Assembly (NCBI GenBank): GCA_903867185.1
Contig: CAIPQK010000066.1
Location: 217-64,216, forward strand
Source: an uncultured Candidatus Nemicrothrix sp.
Lineage (GTDB): Bacteria; Actinomycetota; Acidimicrobiia; Acidimicrobiales; Acidimicrobilacustridaceae
Direction of reading: 5' to 3'
DNA: 64,000 nt
The notes under the pieces are model-generated. The model was not told where the DNA came from. It did not search any database and was given only the letters and a program-made list of their open reading frames with translations. Numbering within the stretch: the first letter of the stretch is position 1; every line of letters begins with the position of its first letter. Shown piece by piece: positions 38,660 through 48,391 of the stretch. A program made the position numbers and the translations under genes.

Positions 38660-39550
38660 GTGAACGTCATGGCACGTTTCGGTTCGGTGATCACCGCCAT
38701 GGTCACCCCATTCACCGCCGATGGCGAACTCGATCATGAAGGCGCAGCAGAGCTGGCCCGTTGGCTTGTCGCGCAGGGGAACGATGCCCTTGTTCTCAGC
38801 GGCACTACCGGAGAGGCCGCCTGTCTGACCGACGAGGAACAAATCTCGTTGTGGCACACGGTTCGTGCCGCTGTCGATGTCCCGCTCATTGCGGGTTCGG
38901 GTACGAACGACACCCGTCATGCGGCGGAACTCACGTCAGCAGCGGCAGGCGCCGGAATGGACGCTGTTTTGATCGTGACCCCGTATTACAACCGTCCTTC
39001 TCAGGCCGGCATCGAGGCGCACTTCCATTACGTGTGTGCGGCCACCGAATTGCCCGCGATCATCTATGACATTCCCGTCCGGACTGGACGCAAGATCGGA
39101 ACCGACCTCATTGTGCGAATGGCCAAAGAGATTCCGAATGTCGTTGGCCTCAAGGACGCTGCCGGCGATCCCGGCGCAACCTCTCGAGTGATCGCTGAGA
39201 CTCCCGAGGGCTTCGAAGTGTTTAGTGGTGATGATTCACTCACCTTGCCGTTGCTCGCTGTCGGAGCTGTCGGAGTGATTGGCGTCGCAACGCATTGGGC
39301 AGCCCCGGTTATGACTCAGATGATCAGCGCATTTCAGTCGGGAGACATTGCTCGTGCACAGCAACTCAACGAGCGCATGATCGAGAGTTACGAGTTCGAA
39401 ACCGGAGATCTCAATCCGAATCCGGTGCCGACGAAGGCGATGTTGCGAGCGATTGGTCAACCGGCTGGGCCTTGTCGTCCGCCGATGGGGTTCGGTCCCG
39501 ACGATCTTGAAGAACGCGCTCTTGAAGTGCATCGTCGGTTGTACGCGTGA
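38660..39550 (+). CDS. dapA: 4-hydroxy-tetrahydrodipicolinate synthase
   Basis: VITAMVTPF, GTTGEAACLTDEE, TPYYNRPSQ, YDIPVRTG. Start is GTG 38660 or ATG 38669. Confidence 0.95.
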   Translation: MNVMARFGSVITAMVTPFTADGELDHEGAAELARWLVAQGNDALVLSGTTGEAACLTDEEQISLWHTVRAAVDVPLIAGSGTNDTRHAAELTSAAAGAGMDAVLIVTPYYNRPSQAGIEAHFHYVCAATELPAIIYDIPVRTGRKIGTDLIVRMAKEIPNVVGLKDAAGDPGATSRVIAETPEGFEVFSGDDSLTLPLLAVGAVGVIGVATHWAAPVMTQMISAFQSGDIARAQQLNERMIESYEFETGDLNPNPVPTKAMLRAIGQPAGPCRPPMGFGPDDLEERALEVHRRLYA

Positions 39551-41295
39551 GTCGCGACGGAACAAAGCCCAAATCCAAGACGAAGGCGAAAAAGCGCGAC
39601 ACTTCGTCGAAGGCTCCGGCTGTGCGCGATTCTCAGGGAACGCCTGTATCAGTCACCTTCCTCGGAGGGCTCGGTGAAATCGGCCGTAACTGTGCGTGTG
39701 TAGAAGTCGATGGGAAAATCCTTCTCCTTGACTGTGGCTTGATGTTCCCGGATCTCGACATGCTGGGCATCGATCTCGTCCTGCCTGATTTCACGTATCT
39801 GCGCGAAAACGCCGACCGCATTATCGGGTGTATTGCTACACATGGTCACGAAGACCACACCGGTGGGCTGTCGTTCCTCTTGCGCGAACTTGAATTTCCG
39901 ATTTACGGATCAGCGCTCACGCTCGGTCTTGCTCGCAATCGCATCGAAGAAGCGGGCCTTCTCGACCGCACCGAGTTCATCCCGATCGTCGATGGCGAAC
40001 GTCGCATGATCGGCCCGTTCGACGTGGAATTCATTCCAGTCACTCACTCTGTTCCCCACGGCATCGCAACGGTGTTTCATACGCCTCAAGGCGTCATTCT
40101 TCATACCGGCGATTTCAAGCTCGATCTGACTCCGGTCGACGGCCGCCTTACCGACCTCGCTCGAATTGGCGCAATTGCTTCCACCGAAGGCATTCGGCTC
40201 CTTCTCTCCGACAGTACAAATGCTGAGGAGCACGGACACGCAGCATCAGAAACGTCGGTGGGCGCGGTGCTCTACGACTTGTTCCATCGCTACGAGGGTC
40301 GTCGCATCATTACGACCTGCTTCGCCAGTCACATTCACCGGGTGCAACAAATTGCTGATGCAGCGATTTCCTTCGATCGGGTTATCGCCACCATGGGAAT
40401 GTCGATGAAGAAGAACGTCCGGATGGCTCGCGAAATGGGACTTCTCAACATTCCAGAATCGCGCCTCATGGATATCGCCGATGTCGGCGACCTCCCTCCC
40501 GAAAAAGTGTGCGTCATCTCCACCGGATCGCAAGGCGAGCCGATGTCGGCGCTGGCGCTCATGGCGGCGAATGAAAATCGTTGGCTTACCCTGAGCGACA
40601 CCGACGTTGTCATCATGAGTTCGCACCCGATTCCCGGAAACGAAACCGATGTTTCCAAGGTGATCGATGGTTTGGTCCGGGCTGGTGCTGAAGTTGTTCA
40701 CTCCGGCATCTCCGATGTGCACGCTTCTGGTCATGCGAAAGCAGAAGACCTCAAGATGTTTTTGTCTATCGCCCGTCCTGAGCACTTCGTGCCCGTGCAT
40801 GGCGAGTACCGCCATCTCGTTGCCCATGCAAAGTTGGCTCGCCAGATGGGCGTGGCTGCCTCGAAGATCATCGTTTGCACCGACGGCGACCAGGTCACTC
40901 TCGACGACACTGGGTTGCGTCCAACTGCGCAGGTCCCGTCGGGCTACCTCTATGTCGACGGCATCATGGGCGATGTCGGAAGCGGCGTCTTGCGCGATCG
41001 ACGGGTCTTGGCCGAAGAGGGCGTGGTTGTCGTCATTGTTGGCGTCGACATCGAACACGGAACCACGATGATTGGGCCGGAAATCGTTACTCGGGGCTGG
41101 GTCCATGCCCCTGAAGCAGAAGATCTCCTTGACGAATGCGCCGAGGTCGTCCGAGCGGCTATCGCCGACCTTTTCCGCAATGGACGCACCGATATCGAAA
41201 ATGTGCAACGGGTCGTTCGTCGGGCCGCGGGCCGATTTGTGAGCGACAAGACCAAGCGCCGGCCGATGATCGTGCCCGTCGTGATGGAAGCCTGA
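39547..41295 (+). CDS. rnj: ribonuclease J
   Basis: The GTG start overlaps the dapA stop. Basic N-terminal tail; metallo-beta-lactamase THGHEDHTGG, GDFKLD; beta-CASP HASGHA. Confidence 0.93.
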   Translation: MSRDGTKPKSKTKAKKRDTSSKAPAVRDSQGTPVSVTFLGGLGEIGRNCACVEVDGKILLLDCGLMFPDLDMLGIDLVLPDFTYLRENADRIIGCIATHGHEDHTGGLSFLLRELEFPIYGSALTLGLARNRIEEAGLLDRTEFIPIVDGERRMIGPFDVEFIPVTHSVPHGIATVFHTPQGVILHTGDFKLDLTPVDGRLTDLARIGAIASTEGIRLLLSDSTNAEEHGHAASETSVGAVLYDLFHRYEGRRIITTCFASHIHRVQQIADAAISFDRVIATMGMSMKKNVRMAREMGLLNIPESRLMDIADVGDLPPEKVCVISTGSQGEPMSALALMAANENRWLTLSDTDVVIMSSHPIPGNETDVSKVIDGLVRAGAEVVHSGISDVHASGHAKAEDLKMFLSIARPEHFVPVHGEYRHLVAHAKLARQMGVAASKIIVCTDGDQVTLDDTGLRPTAQVPSGYLYVDGIMGDVGSGVLRDRRVLAEEGVVVVIVGVDIEHGTTMIGPEIVTRGWVHAPEAEDLLDECAEVVRAAIADLFRNGRTDIENVQRVVRRAAGRFVSDKTKRRPMIVPVVMEA

Positions 41296-41338
41296 ACGGC
41301 TTTCGCCTAATGGGGTTCGGCCGCGTACCCTTTCGCCC

Positions 41339-42406
41339 ATGCCTGATGTCCCCGTCACCCTGACGCCGAAAGCCCCCGTCGAAATCCGTGAGCGGCTGAC
41401 CCCCCAAGCAGCTCGAATCGCGATTCGTGCTGCCGGAGTCGCCCTTCTTGACGAACGTCGTCAGCTGACGCTCGCCGAACTCGCTGAACTCGCCGACGTT
41501 CCCGATTCAGCGGTTCCCGCGCTTGCGTCGCTTGCGCATGAGGTTCGACTTGAGTGGTGCGGCGACACGGTCGAGGTCGAAGGCATTCTCTCGGCCAAGA
41601 CTGGCGGCTGCCCCGAGGACTGTCACTTCTGCAGTCAGTCTGCGAAGTTTGAATCGCCGGTGCAGGCCATGCCATTTCTCGATACCGCTGATGTGCTTGC
41701 GGCTGCTCGCGAAACTGCAGCGCTTGGAGCAACGGAGTTCTGCATTGTGTTGGCGATTCGTGGTCCTGATGAACGAACGATGGATCGCATCTGCGAACTT
41801 GTTCCTCTTGTTCAGCAAGAAGTGGGTCTCAATGTTGCCGTGAGTGCCGGCATCGTCACTGAAGCGCAGGCAAAGCGTTTCGCTGAAGTTGGGGTTCACC
41901 GTTACAACCACAACCTTGAAACTGCTGAATCATTTTTCGAAAATGTCGTGACCACGCACACCTGGGCCGAACGTTTCGACACCTGCCAGCTCGTACGCGA
42001 TCAGGGGATGGAACTGTGCTGTGGCGTGTTGCTCGGAATGGGCGAATCGGTCGACCAGCGCATTGAACTGATCGGTCAGTTGCGTGCGGTTGAGCCGGCC
42101 GAGGTGCCGCTCAACTTCCTCAACCCTCGTCCGGGCACCCCATTCGCTGGCCTTCCGCTCACCGAACCGCTCGAAGCCATTCGTTGGATTTCGCTGTTCC
42201 GGCTCGGGCTGCCATCGGTCATTCTTCGTTACGCCGGTGGTCGCGAGGTAACGCTGCGCGAACTCCAAGCGCTTGGACTTACCTCGGGAATCAATGCCCT
42301 CATTGTCGGCAACTACCTGACGACATTGGGTCGCTCGCCCGAAGAAGATCTGCAGATGTTGTCTGATCTTCAGATGCCGATCGGCGCGCTGTCCAAGGCC
42401 ATCTGA
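41339..42406 (+). CDS. bioB: biotin synthase
   Basis: Radical-SAM KTGGCPEDCHFCSQS and YNHNLET. Confidence 0.93.
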   Translation: MPDVPVTLTPKAPVEIRERLTPQAARIAIRAAGVALLDERRQLTLAELAELADVPDSAVPALASLAHEVRLEWCGDTVEVEGILSAKTGGCPEDCHFCSQSAKFESPVQAMPFLDTADVLAAARETAALGATEFCIVLAIRGPDERTMDRICELVPLVQQEVGLNVAVSAGIVTEAQAKRFAEVGVHRYNHNLETAESFFENVVTTHTWAERFDTCQLVRDQGMELCCGVLLGMGESVDQRIELIGQLRAVEPAEVPLNFLNPRPGTPFAGLPLTEPLEAIRWISLFRLGLPSVILRYAGGREVTLRELQALGLTSGINALIVGNYLTTLGRSPEEDLQMLSDLQMPIGALSKAI

Positions 42407-42408
42407 AC

Positions 42409-42588
42409 GTGCCCGACGCGTATTGCCGTTGGTGCGGCACCGCGCTGGCCGAACATCCAGATATTCAATGTCGGCGCGAACTCGATCCGCCGCGGTTCTG
42501 CCCCGAATGTGGTCGACGCTTACGAGTGAAGGTGCATACCTCTGGTTATGAGGCCGCGTGCCGCGATCATGGACCGCTCCTCGACTAA
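42409..42588 (+). CDS. 59-aa Cys-rich zinc-ribbon-like ORF, candidate biotin synthase auxiliary protein (BsaP-like); not in the supplied ORF track
   Basis: GTG 42409 lies 2 nt after the bioB stop. My translation is VPDAYCRWCGTALAEHPDIQCRRELDPPRFCPECGRRLRVKVHTSGYEAACRDHGPLLD, with TAA at 42586-42588. Has two CxxCG knuckles plus extra Cys/His. Confidence 0.55.
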   Translation: MPDAYCRWCGTALAEHPDIQCRRELDPPRFCPECGRRLRVKVHTSGYEAACRDHGPLLD

Positions 42589-43838
42589 CTGCCGGGGCAG
42601 GACTGCACAACAGCGCCGTCAGGTCGAATCGCATCGGGCATGGGCTTGCCTGCGAATCGATCGCCAATCCAACTCAGCATCGAATTAGACGAGGGAGCGA
42701 TCACACCTGCGTGTGATTGACCGGCAAAGACCCAACGCTGTTCCACCTGTCCGATTTTGCATAACTGATCAAAGAGAAGCGCTGAAGACGCGACGGGAAT
42801 CTGTTCGTCGTTTCCACCGTGAATGATGAGCAGAGGTACGGGAATCGGCGCCGTAAATGTGCCCGGGTCGTTATTGGTGAGAAGGAGGTTCCACTCTGGG
42901 ACCGATGCTGGATCTGCGAGCTGGAGCGAAGAGAGGTCAACGCTTGCAGATGCTTTCCCGAGCTCGCCTGTGCACATTGTGTCGACGTTCGAGAGGAACG
43001 TGAGACCCGCTGGTGTGAGGACTTTGTCGAGCGGCGCGCTGGTGTCGCCGGCAGCAGCGTTCAGGCCAGCCGCCGCCATGAGGACGTAGTACTTGTACGG
43101 GCTCTTCTGAAGTGCTGCATTGATGAGCAACAGTTGGGAGGGCGGTGCCCCGGCGACAACTCCTTTGAGGTTCAGGTCGGGTGCGTACGCCTCAGCATCG
43201 TGACCGGCAAACATCGCAGCGTGACCGCCTTGCGAATGCCCCCAAATCACGTAGTTCTTTGAAGCATTGGCTCCCGGGAAAACCTGGGCGGCCTTCACGA
43301 TGTCGAGCGTGCCATAGGCCTCGCTATTGCCAGAGATGTAGGGATGACGTCCCGGTGTGCCGAGACCTTCGTAGTCGGTCGCGACGACGAGGTAGCCAGC
43401 GTCGAGCAAACCATTGGCCATGGTGAGGAATTCGTCGGGTTTCAGTGAAGGTGCACACGAATCGGCAATGCCGGTGGTCCCGTGGGCCCACGTGATCACT
43501 GGCCATCCTCCACTTGGTGGAGTTCCATTTGGGATCGCGATCAGGCCGGTGACCGCGATCGTGACACCCAGTTCCGAAATCGATGTGTACATGACTCGTG
43601 ACATGGAGCCGTTTAAGCCGGCGAGAGCGACAGGTTCGGATTTAAGAATCGTGCCGGAAGATGACTCCGGAAGTGGATTGGGCACTGCATAGAAATCTGG
43701 GAGGTCCGGAGAACCTTTGGTTGTTGTGGACGATTTGCCTGATCCTGAGGACGAATTCGATGAACTCCAGAAAAAGCCGAGAGCGACAATTCCGAGCACG
43801 GCTGTAAGAGCGATCGCAACGAGGCGATTCCGGGTCAT
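42585..43838 (-). CDS. secreted/membrane-anchored lipase (LIP-family-like alpha/beta hydrolase)
   Basis: Internal ATG 43838 (MTRNRLVAIALTAVLGIVALGFF) follows aggagagg on the minus strand. Ser-rich linker, VIWGHSQGGHAAMFAG nucleophile elbow, ATDYEGLG. Confidence 0.8.
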   Translation of the reverse strand: MTRNRLVAIALTAVLGIVALGFFWSSSNSSSGSGKSSTTTKGSPDLPDFYAVPNPLPESSSGTILKSEPVALAGLNGSMSRVMYTSISELGVTIAVTGLIAIPNGTPPSGGWPVITWAHGTTGIADSCAPSLKPDEFLTMANGLLDAGYLVVATDYEGLGTPGRHPYISGNSEAYGTLDIVKAAQVFPGANASKNYVIWGHSQGGHAAMFAGHDAEAYAPDLNLKGVVAGAPPSQLLLINAALQKSPYKYYVLMAAAGLNAAAGDTSAPLDKVLTPAGLTFLSNVDTMCTGELGKASASVDLSSLQLADPASVPEWNLLLTNNDPGTFTAPIPVPLLIIHGGNDEQIPVASSALLFDQLCKIGQVEQRWVFAGQSHAGVIAPSSNSMLSWIGDRFAGKPMPDAIRPDGAVVQSCPGS

Positions 43839-43935
43839 TGGTGGTCCTCTCCTGAAGATCACAGGACGATAGTTCCCCTCTTGGCCAAGGGGGGAGCGGT
43901 GGAGCGCAGATTTCGGTGATCCGCACCATCCTCCG

Positions 43936-46503
43936 ATGATTTGGGTATCCTCATGGGCGGCGAGCGGAGAAGGGGCCACGTCAGGAACGCGTACGCCTGT
44001 GGCCACAAAACAGAGTTCTCCCAAACGATCGACCACCAAGTCCTCGGCCAAAGCCGGTTCACGGTCGTCATCGTCGCGAAAGGCGCCAGCTCGGAAACCT
44101 GCTGCGAAGAAGCCCGCGGCCAAGCGAGGTTCGGCTGCGCCCAAGGGTCGCTCGACGGCGGCCACTCGCCGTCCCGCGCCTGGTCCAGTTCGTGAAGCAT
44201 TCACTGGTCATGGTCATGACGTATGGGGGGTCGCGCTCATCGCTCTTGGGCTGTTGACCGCCCTCGGCGTCTACGGCAACCTCGCTGGTCCGCTCGGCCG
44301 CGGCCTGGCGGAGGTTGCCGGTGCATTGATCGGAGGACTTCGAGTCTTCCTTCCACCGGTGCTTGTTGTTGGTGGTGCGTTGTTGTTGCGTGGTCCTCGT
44401 GACGATCAGGGAACTCCGCGTTTCTCTGCCGGTCGCCTTGGCGTCGGCGTTGCTTTGATCTTTGTGGCAATCGCCGGTTTGTTGCATCTGAGCAAAGGCC
44501 GTCCTGAATTTGGAATGCCACTCGATGACTTCATTGCGGCGGGCGGATACATCGGCGCTCTCGTGGGTGCACCGCTCGAAAAAGCACTTGCCGTTTGGGG
44601 CGCCACCTTGGTGTTTGTTGCCTTGATCGTTGTGGGCCTTGTTGTTGCTACCGGCGTCTCGGTTCGAGTTGCTGCTCGAAAGACTGCTGATGGCGTAAAG
44701 CCTGTACAGGGAGCAATGAAGCGCGGGATGGGTTCGCTGTTTGAACTCAAGAGCGAAGACGCTGAAGGTCTCGCGAATGATGAACCCGTCGTTCCCATTT
44801 TGTACGACGGCAGTTCCACTGTTGAGGCTGACTGGGGCGACGACGCCGAGCCGATGCTCGCCGAACTTATCGATCCTGATGGTGAACCATCCGATGCGTT
44901 CGACGAAGAATCTCTTCTGTTTGTCGCTGGGTCTGACGATGACCCAGTTGCCGATGAACTCGATATCCATGTGCCAACTGGCGATGAGCCTCCGGCGAAA
45001 CCGGAACAACTCACGATGCCTTTGGCGAAGGAACGCAAAGTCAACTGGAAGCTTCCGTCGCTCAAGATGCTCGACCGCAGCGTTGCGCAGCAAGTCGATA
45101 AGAAGATGGTTGAAGATCGTGGCCGTCTTCTCGAAGCGGCACTCGCCGAGCACGGTGTGCAAACCAAGCTGGTCGGAATGGTCGTTGGTCCGACCGTTAC
45201 TCGTTATGAACTTGAACTTTTACCCGGCGTAAAAGTTTCAAAGGTCACGAGTCTGCATAAGGACATTGCGTACGCGATGGCCTCGCCCGATGTTCGAATT
45301 CTCGCCCCGATTCCCGGCAAACAGGCCATTGGTGTTGAAGTGCCGAACGACAATCGCCAGTTGGTCGCGGTCGGCGACATTCTCGCTTCGCCTGAAGCCA
45401 AAGCCGCAAAGAATGCACTTGAAGTCGCTATCGGTCGTGACATTAACGGGCGTTCGGTGTTGGCCGATCTTTCGAAGATGCCTCACATCCTGATTGCAGG
45501 AGCTACTGGTGCCGGCAAGTCCTCGTGCATCAACTCGTTGCTTACGTCGATCTTGATGCGATCGACTCCCGATCAGGTGCGACTGATCCTTATTGACCCA
45601 AAGCGTGTGGAACTGGGTCAGTACAACCGTCTTCCGCATTTGTTGACGCAGGTCGTTACTAACCCCAAGAAGGCCGCGAACGCGTTGGCGTGGACGGTCA
45701 AAGAGATGGAGCGTCGATATGACCTTCTCTCCGATCGTGGTTTCCGCGACATCGATGGTTACAACGCGGCATTCGACCGGGGCGAAGTGATTGATGATCC
45801 GGACATGGGTCTCGAATTCCACCGACTTCCGTACATTCTTGTTGTGGTCGACGAGCTCAATGACCTCATGATGGTTGCGGCGCGCGACGTCGAAGAGTCA
45901 ATCTGTCGTATTGCACAGATGGCACGCGCCGTCGGCATCCATTTAGTGATCGCCACGCAGCGTCCGTCGGTCAACGTCATCACCGGCGTCATCAAGGCCA
46001 ACGTTCCTGCCCGACTTGCCTTTGCGGTTTCGAGCCTCGCCGACTCCCGGGTCATCCTTGACCAAGGTGGAGCCGAAAAACTTCTTGGTCGTGGAGACAT
46101 GTTGTTGCTTGGTCCGTCGTCGAGCATTGCCCAGCGCATTCAAGGCGCATGGGTTACCGAAGACGAGGTTCGTGCGGTTGTTGCCTTCTGGCGTCAACAG
46201 TCTTCAGAAATCACCTACGACGAGACCGTTCAAGGGTCTGAGGATTCACCCACAGGTAGTGGCGCAGGAGCCATGGCCGGCGGCGATGACAGCGATGACG
46301 ATCTGTTGGTCCAAGCCATGGAACTCGTCGTTCGCTCGCAACTTGGTTCGACGTCAATGCTTCAGCGGAAACTCCGCGTGGGTTTTGCGCGCGCCGGCCG
46401 TCTTATGGATCTGCTCGAGCAACGTGGTGTTGTGGGTCCTTCCGAAGGATCGAAGGCGCGAGTCGTGCTTATGACGCCCGAGGAACTCGACGGCGCAGAC
46501 TGA
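43936..46503 (+). CDS. ftsK: DNA translocase FtsK/SpoIIIE
   Basis: Basic Ser/Lys/Ala N-terminus, TM segments, Walker A IAGATGAGKSSCINSL, Walker B LVVVDELNDLMM, ATQRPSV, gamma domain LGSTSMLQRKLRVGFARAGRLMDLLEQRGVVGP. Start ambiguous (ATG 43936 or GTG 43999, which has aggaa upstream). Confidence 0.93.
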   Translation: MIWVSSWAASGEGATSGTRTPVATKQSSPKRSTTKSSAKAGSRSSSSRKAPARKPAAKKPAAKRGSAAPKGRSTAATRRPAPGPVREAFTGHGHDVWGVALIALGLLTALGVYGNLAGPLGRGLAEVAGALIGGLRVFLPPVLVVGGALLLRGPRDDQGTPRFSAGRLGVGVALIFVAIAGLLHLSKGRPEFGMPLDDFIAAGGYIGALVGAPLEKALAVWGATLVFVALIVVGLVVATGVSVRVAARKTADGVKPVQGAMKRGMGSLFELKSEDAEGLANDEPVVPILYDGSSTVEADWGDDAEPMLAELIDPDGEPSDAFDEESLLFVAGSDDDPVADELDIHVPTGDEPPAKPEQLTMPLAKERKVNWKLPSLKMLDRSVAQQVDKKMVEDRGRLLEAALAEHGVQTKLVGMVVGPTVTRYELELLPGVKVSKVTSLHKDIAYAMASPDVRILAPIPGKQAIGVEVPNDNRQLVAVGDILASPEAKAAKNALEVAIGRDINGRSVLADLSKMPHILIAGATGAGKSSCINSLLTSILMRSTPDQVRLILIDPKRVELGQYNRLPHLLTQVVTNPKKAANALAWTVKEMERRYDLLSDRGFRDIDGYNAAFDRGEVIDDPDMGLEFHRLPYILVVVDELNDLMMVAARDVEESICRIAQMARAVGIHLVIATQRPSVNVITGVIKANVPARLAFAVSSLADSRVILDQGGAEKLLGRGDMLLLGPSSSIAQRIQGAWVTEDEVRAVVAFWRQQSSEITYDETVQGSEDSPTGSGAGAMAGGDDSDDDLLVQAMELVVRSQLGSTSMLQRKLRVGFARAGRLMDLLEQRGVVGPSEGSKARVVLMTPEELDGAD

Positions 46504-46519
46504 CGCCTACGATGACCAC

Positions 46520-47785
46520 ATGACCGAGAGTTTCTGGATCGAGACGCTCGGCTGTCCCAAGAACGAGGTCGACTCCGACAAATTGGTCGGAACGATGCTG
46601 GCCGACGGTTTGGTGCCGGCCGATAGCCCTGCATCGGCTGACGTTGTTGTCGTCAACACCTGCGCCTTTGTTGAACAGGCTCGCCAGGAATCGATCGACA
46701 CCATTCTTGGTCTTGATTCTGTTCGAGCCCCAGGGGCACGCCTCGTTGTCACCGGCTGTATGGCGGAACGTTACGGGGAAGAACTCGCTCAGGCTCTTCC
46801 CGAGATCGATTCGGTTGCTGGGTTTGGTGTGCCGGTGACACTCGGTTCGACGCGCGGTTCAACGTCGTCACCGTTCGATCTACTTAATCTTCCTCGTCCA
46901 AAATCGGAATCGCCATGGGCCTATGTGAAGATTGCCGAAGGATGCGATCGGGCGTGTGGGTTCTGTGCGATTCCTACATTCCGCGGCAAACAACGCTCAC
47001 GTTCGATCGATGACATCCTCACCGAGGTCGACGCGCTTGAAGCGCGCGAAATCGTGCTTGTCGCCCAAGACCTTGCTGCTTACGGGCGCGATCAAGGTGT
47101 GGGCGAACGTTCCATTGTTCCGTTAATGAACGCTGTTGCTGATCGAGTTGATCGGGTCCGGTTGCTGTATCTGTACCCGTCTGATCTGACCGATGAACTT
47201 ATTGATGCGATCTGTTCCAGCGGAGTCCCGTACTTCGATCTTTCCCTGCAACATGTTTCGTCACCGCTTTTGCGGGCGATGAAGCGATGGGGGGACGGCG
47301 ATCGCTTTGCTTCTCGTATCGCGGCAATTCGTGAGCGCGAGCCAGATGCTGCGTTTCGATCCAATTTCATTGTTGGGTATCCGGGTGAAACCGAAGACGA
47401 TCACGATCAGCTGCTCGAATTTGTCGAATCTGTGAGGCTTGACTGGTGTGGGTTCTTCCCGTTCTCTCGTGAAGAGGGGACCCACGCCGCCAACCTCGAC
47501 AATCAGGTACCCGAGGGTCTCATGGCCGAGCGACTTGCTGAGCTGACCGAGCTTCAAGATCGCATGACGTGGGCAAAACGTGACGAAATGATCGGCTCGG
47601 TGGTCGAAGTTCTCGTGGATAGTCCCGGAGTTGGTCGAACATGGCGCGAAGCGCCCGAAATCGATGGCATCGTCAACCTGCCAACTGATCTTCCGCAGGG
47701 CAGTTTCGCGACGGTGAAAATCGTCGATGCGCTTGGCCCGGACCTTGTCGCTGAAGGTGCAATCGTTCCTGACGACGGCCAGTGA
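46520..47785 (+). CDS. rimO: ribosomal protein S12 methylthiotransferase RimO (radical SAM MTTase)
   Basis: IETLGCPKNEVDSD, radical-SAM CDRACGFCAIP, and a C-terminal TRAM-like segment. Confidence 0.85.
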   Translation: MTESFWIETLGCPKNEVDSDKLVGTMLADGLVPADSPASADVVVVNTCAFVEQARQESIDTILGLDSVRAPGARLVVTGCMAERYGEELAQALPEIDSVAGFGVPVTLGSTRGSTSSPFDLLNLPRPKSESPWAYVKIAEGCDRACGFCAIPTFRGKQRSRSIDDILTEVDALEAREIVLVAQDLAAYGRDQGVGERSIVPLMNAVADRVDRVRLLYLYPSDLTDELIDAICSSGVPYFDLSLQHVSSPLLRAMKRWGDGDRFASRIAAIREREPDAAFRSNFIVGYPGETEDDHDQLLEFVESVRLDWCGFFPFSREEGTHAANLDNQVPEGLMAERLAELTELQDRMTWAKRDEMIGSVVEVLVDSPGVGRTWREAPEIDGIVNLPTDLPQGSFATVKIVDALGPDLVAEGAIVPDDGQ

Positions 47786-48369
47786 TGAGCGATCCCTCCT
47801 ACGGCCCATCGGCAATCGCCACGCCCGCGAATTACGTCACCATGATTCGGATCTTGGTGTCACCGCTCCTCTTCGCCATGATCAGTCACAATCCCAGCGG
47901 TTGGATCGTTTGGGCACTGTGGACTGCGTTGGCTCTCACTGATGGCGTCGACGGCTGGATCGCTCGTCGCCACGGAACTACGCGCAGCGGTGCATTTCTT
48001 GATCCACTGGCCGACAAGGTGCTCGTTCTCGGAGCACTTTTTTCTCTCGTGGCCGTTGATCGGTTCCCGGTCTGGCCAGTTGTCGTCATAGCGGTGCGCG
48101 AAGTCTTCATCAGTGTGTATCGCATGTGGTGGGGCCGACGGGGTCTGGCGATGCCTGCACGAAAGTCAGCAAAGTTGAAGACGCTCGTGCAATCACTGGC
48201 CGTTGGAGCGGTGCTCTTGCCACTCACGACCGACCTGCTGTGGCTCGGAGATGGGTTGCTCTACTTCGCCACGTTCCTTGCCGTCTTCAGCGCACTTCAA
48301 TACGTCTGGGATGGAAGTCGTGCGGCGACAACGATGGAAGTACGACCCGAGATCAGCGACGCTTCCTAG
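47782..48369 (+). CDS. pgsA: CDP-diacylglycerol--glycerol-3-phosphate 3-phosphatidyltransferase
   Basis: CDP-alcohol phosphatidyltransferase motif DGVDGWIARRHGTTRSGAFLDPLADK. Overlaps the rimO stop. Confidence 0.9.
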   Translation: MMSDPSYGPSAIATPANYVTMIRILVSPLLFAMISHNPSGWIVWALWTALALTDGVDGWIARRHGTTRSGAFLDPLADKVLVLGALFSLVAVDRFPVWPVVVIAVREVFISVYRMWWGRRGLAMPARKSAKLKTLVQSLAVGAVLLPLTTDLLWLGDGLLYFATFLAVFSALQYVWDGSRAATTMEVRPEISDAS

Positions 48370-48391
48370 GGGGCACCTAACATCGGCACAT

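Noticed and set aside
40246-41358. A 370-aa minus-strand ORF antisense to rnj. Similar cases are 44068..45162 antisense to ftsK, 55127..56158 antisense to dapF, 20059..20943 antisense to nusA, 14105..14896 antisense to dxr and 504..1337 antisense to pgi.
   Set aside because: Same reasoning: each fully overlaps a conserved sense gene and translates to low-complexity sequence.
43839-44204. N-terminal extension of the lipase ORF to ATG 44204, giving 539 aa. Analogous long versions occur for the sulfotransferase (to 28556), the ltrA-like gene (from 48203), dapE (from 61307), the M16 peptidase (from 30952), hflX, dapF, ribF, rpsB, frr and nusA.
   Set aside because: The extensions overlap neighbouring genes or divergent promoters and lack family sequence. 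Internal starts have RBS-like purine tracts and give canonical N-termini or signal peptides.
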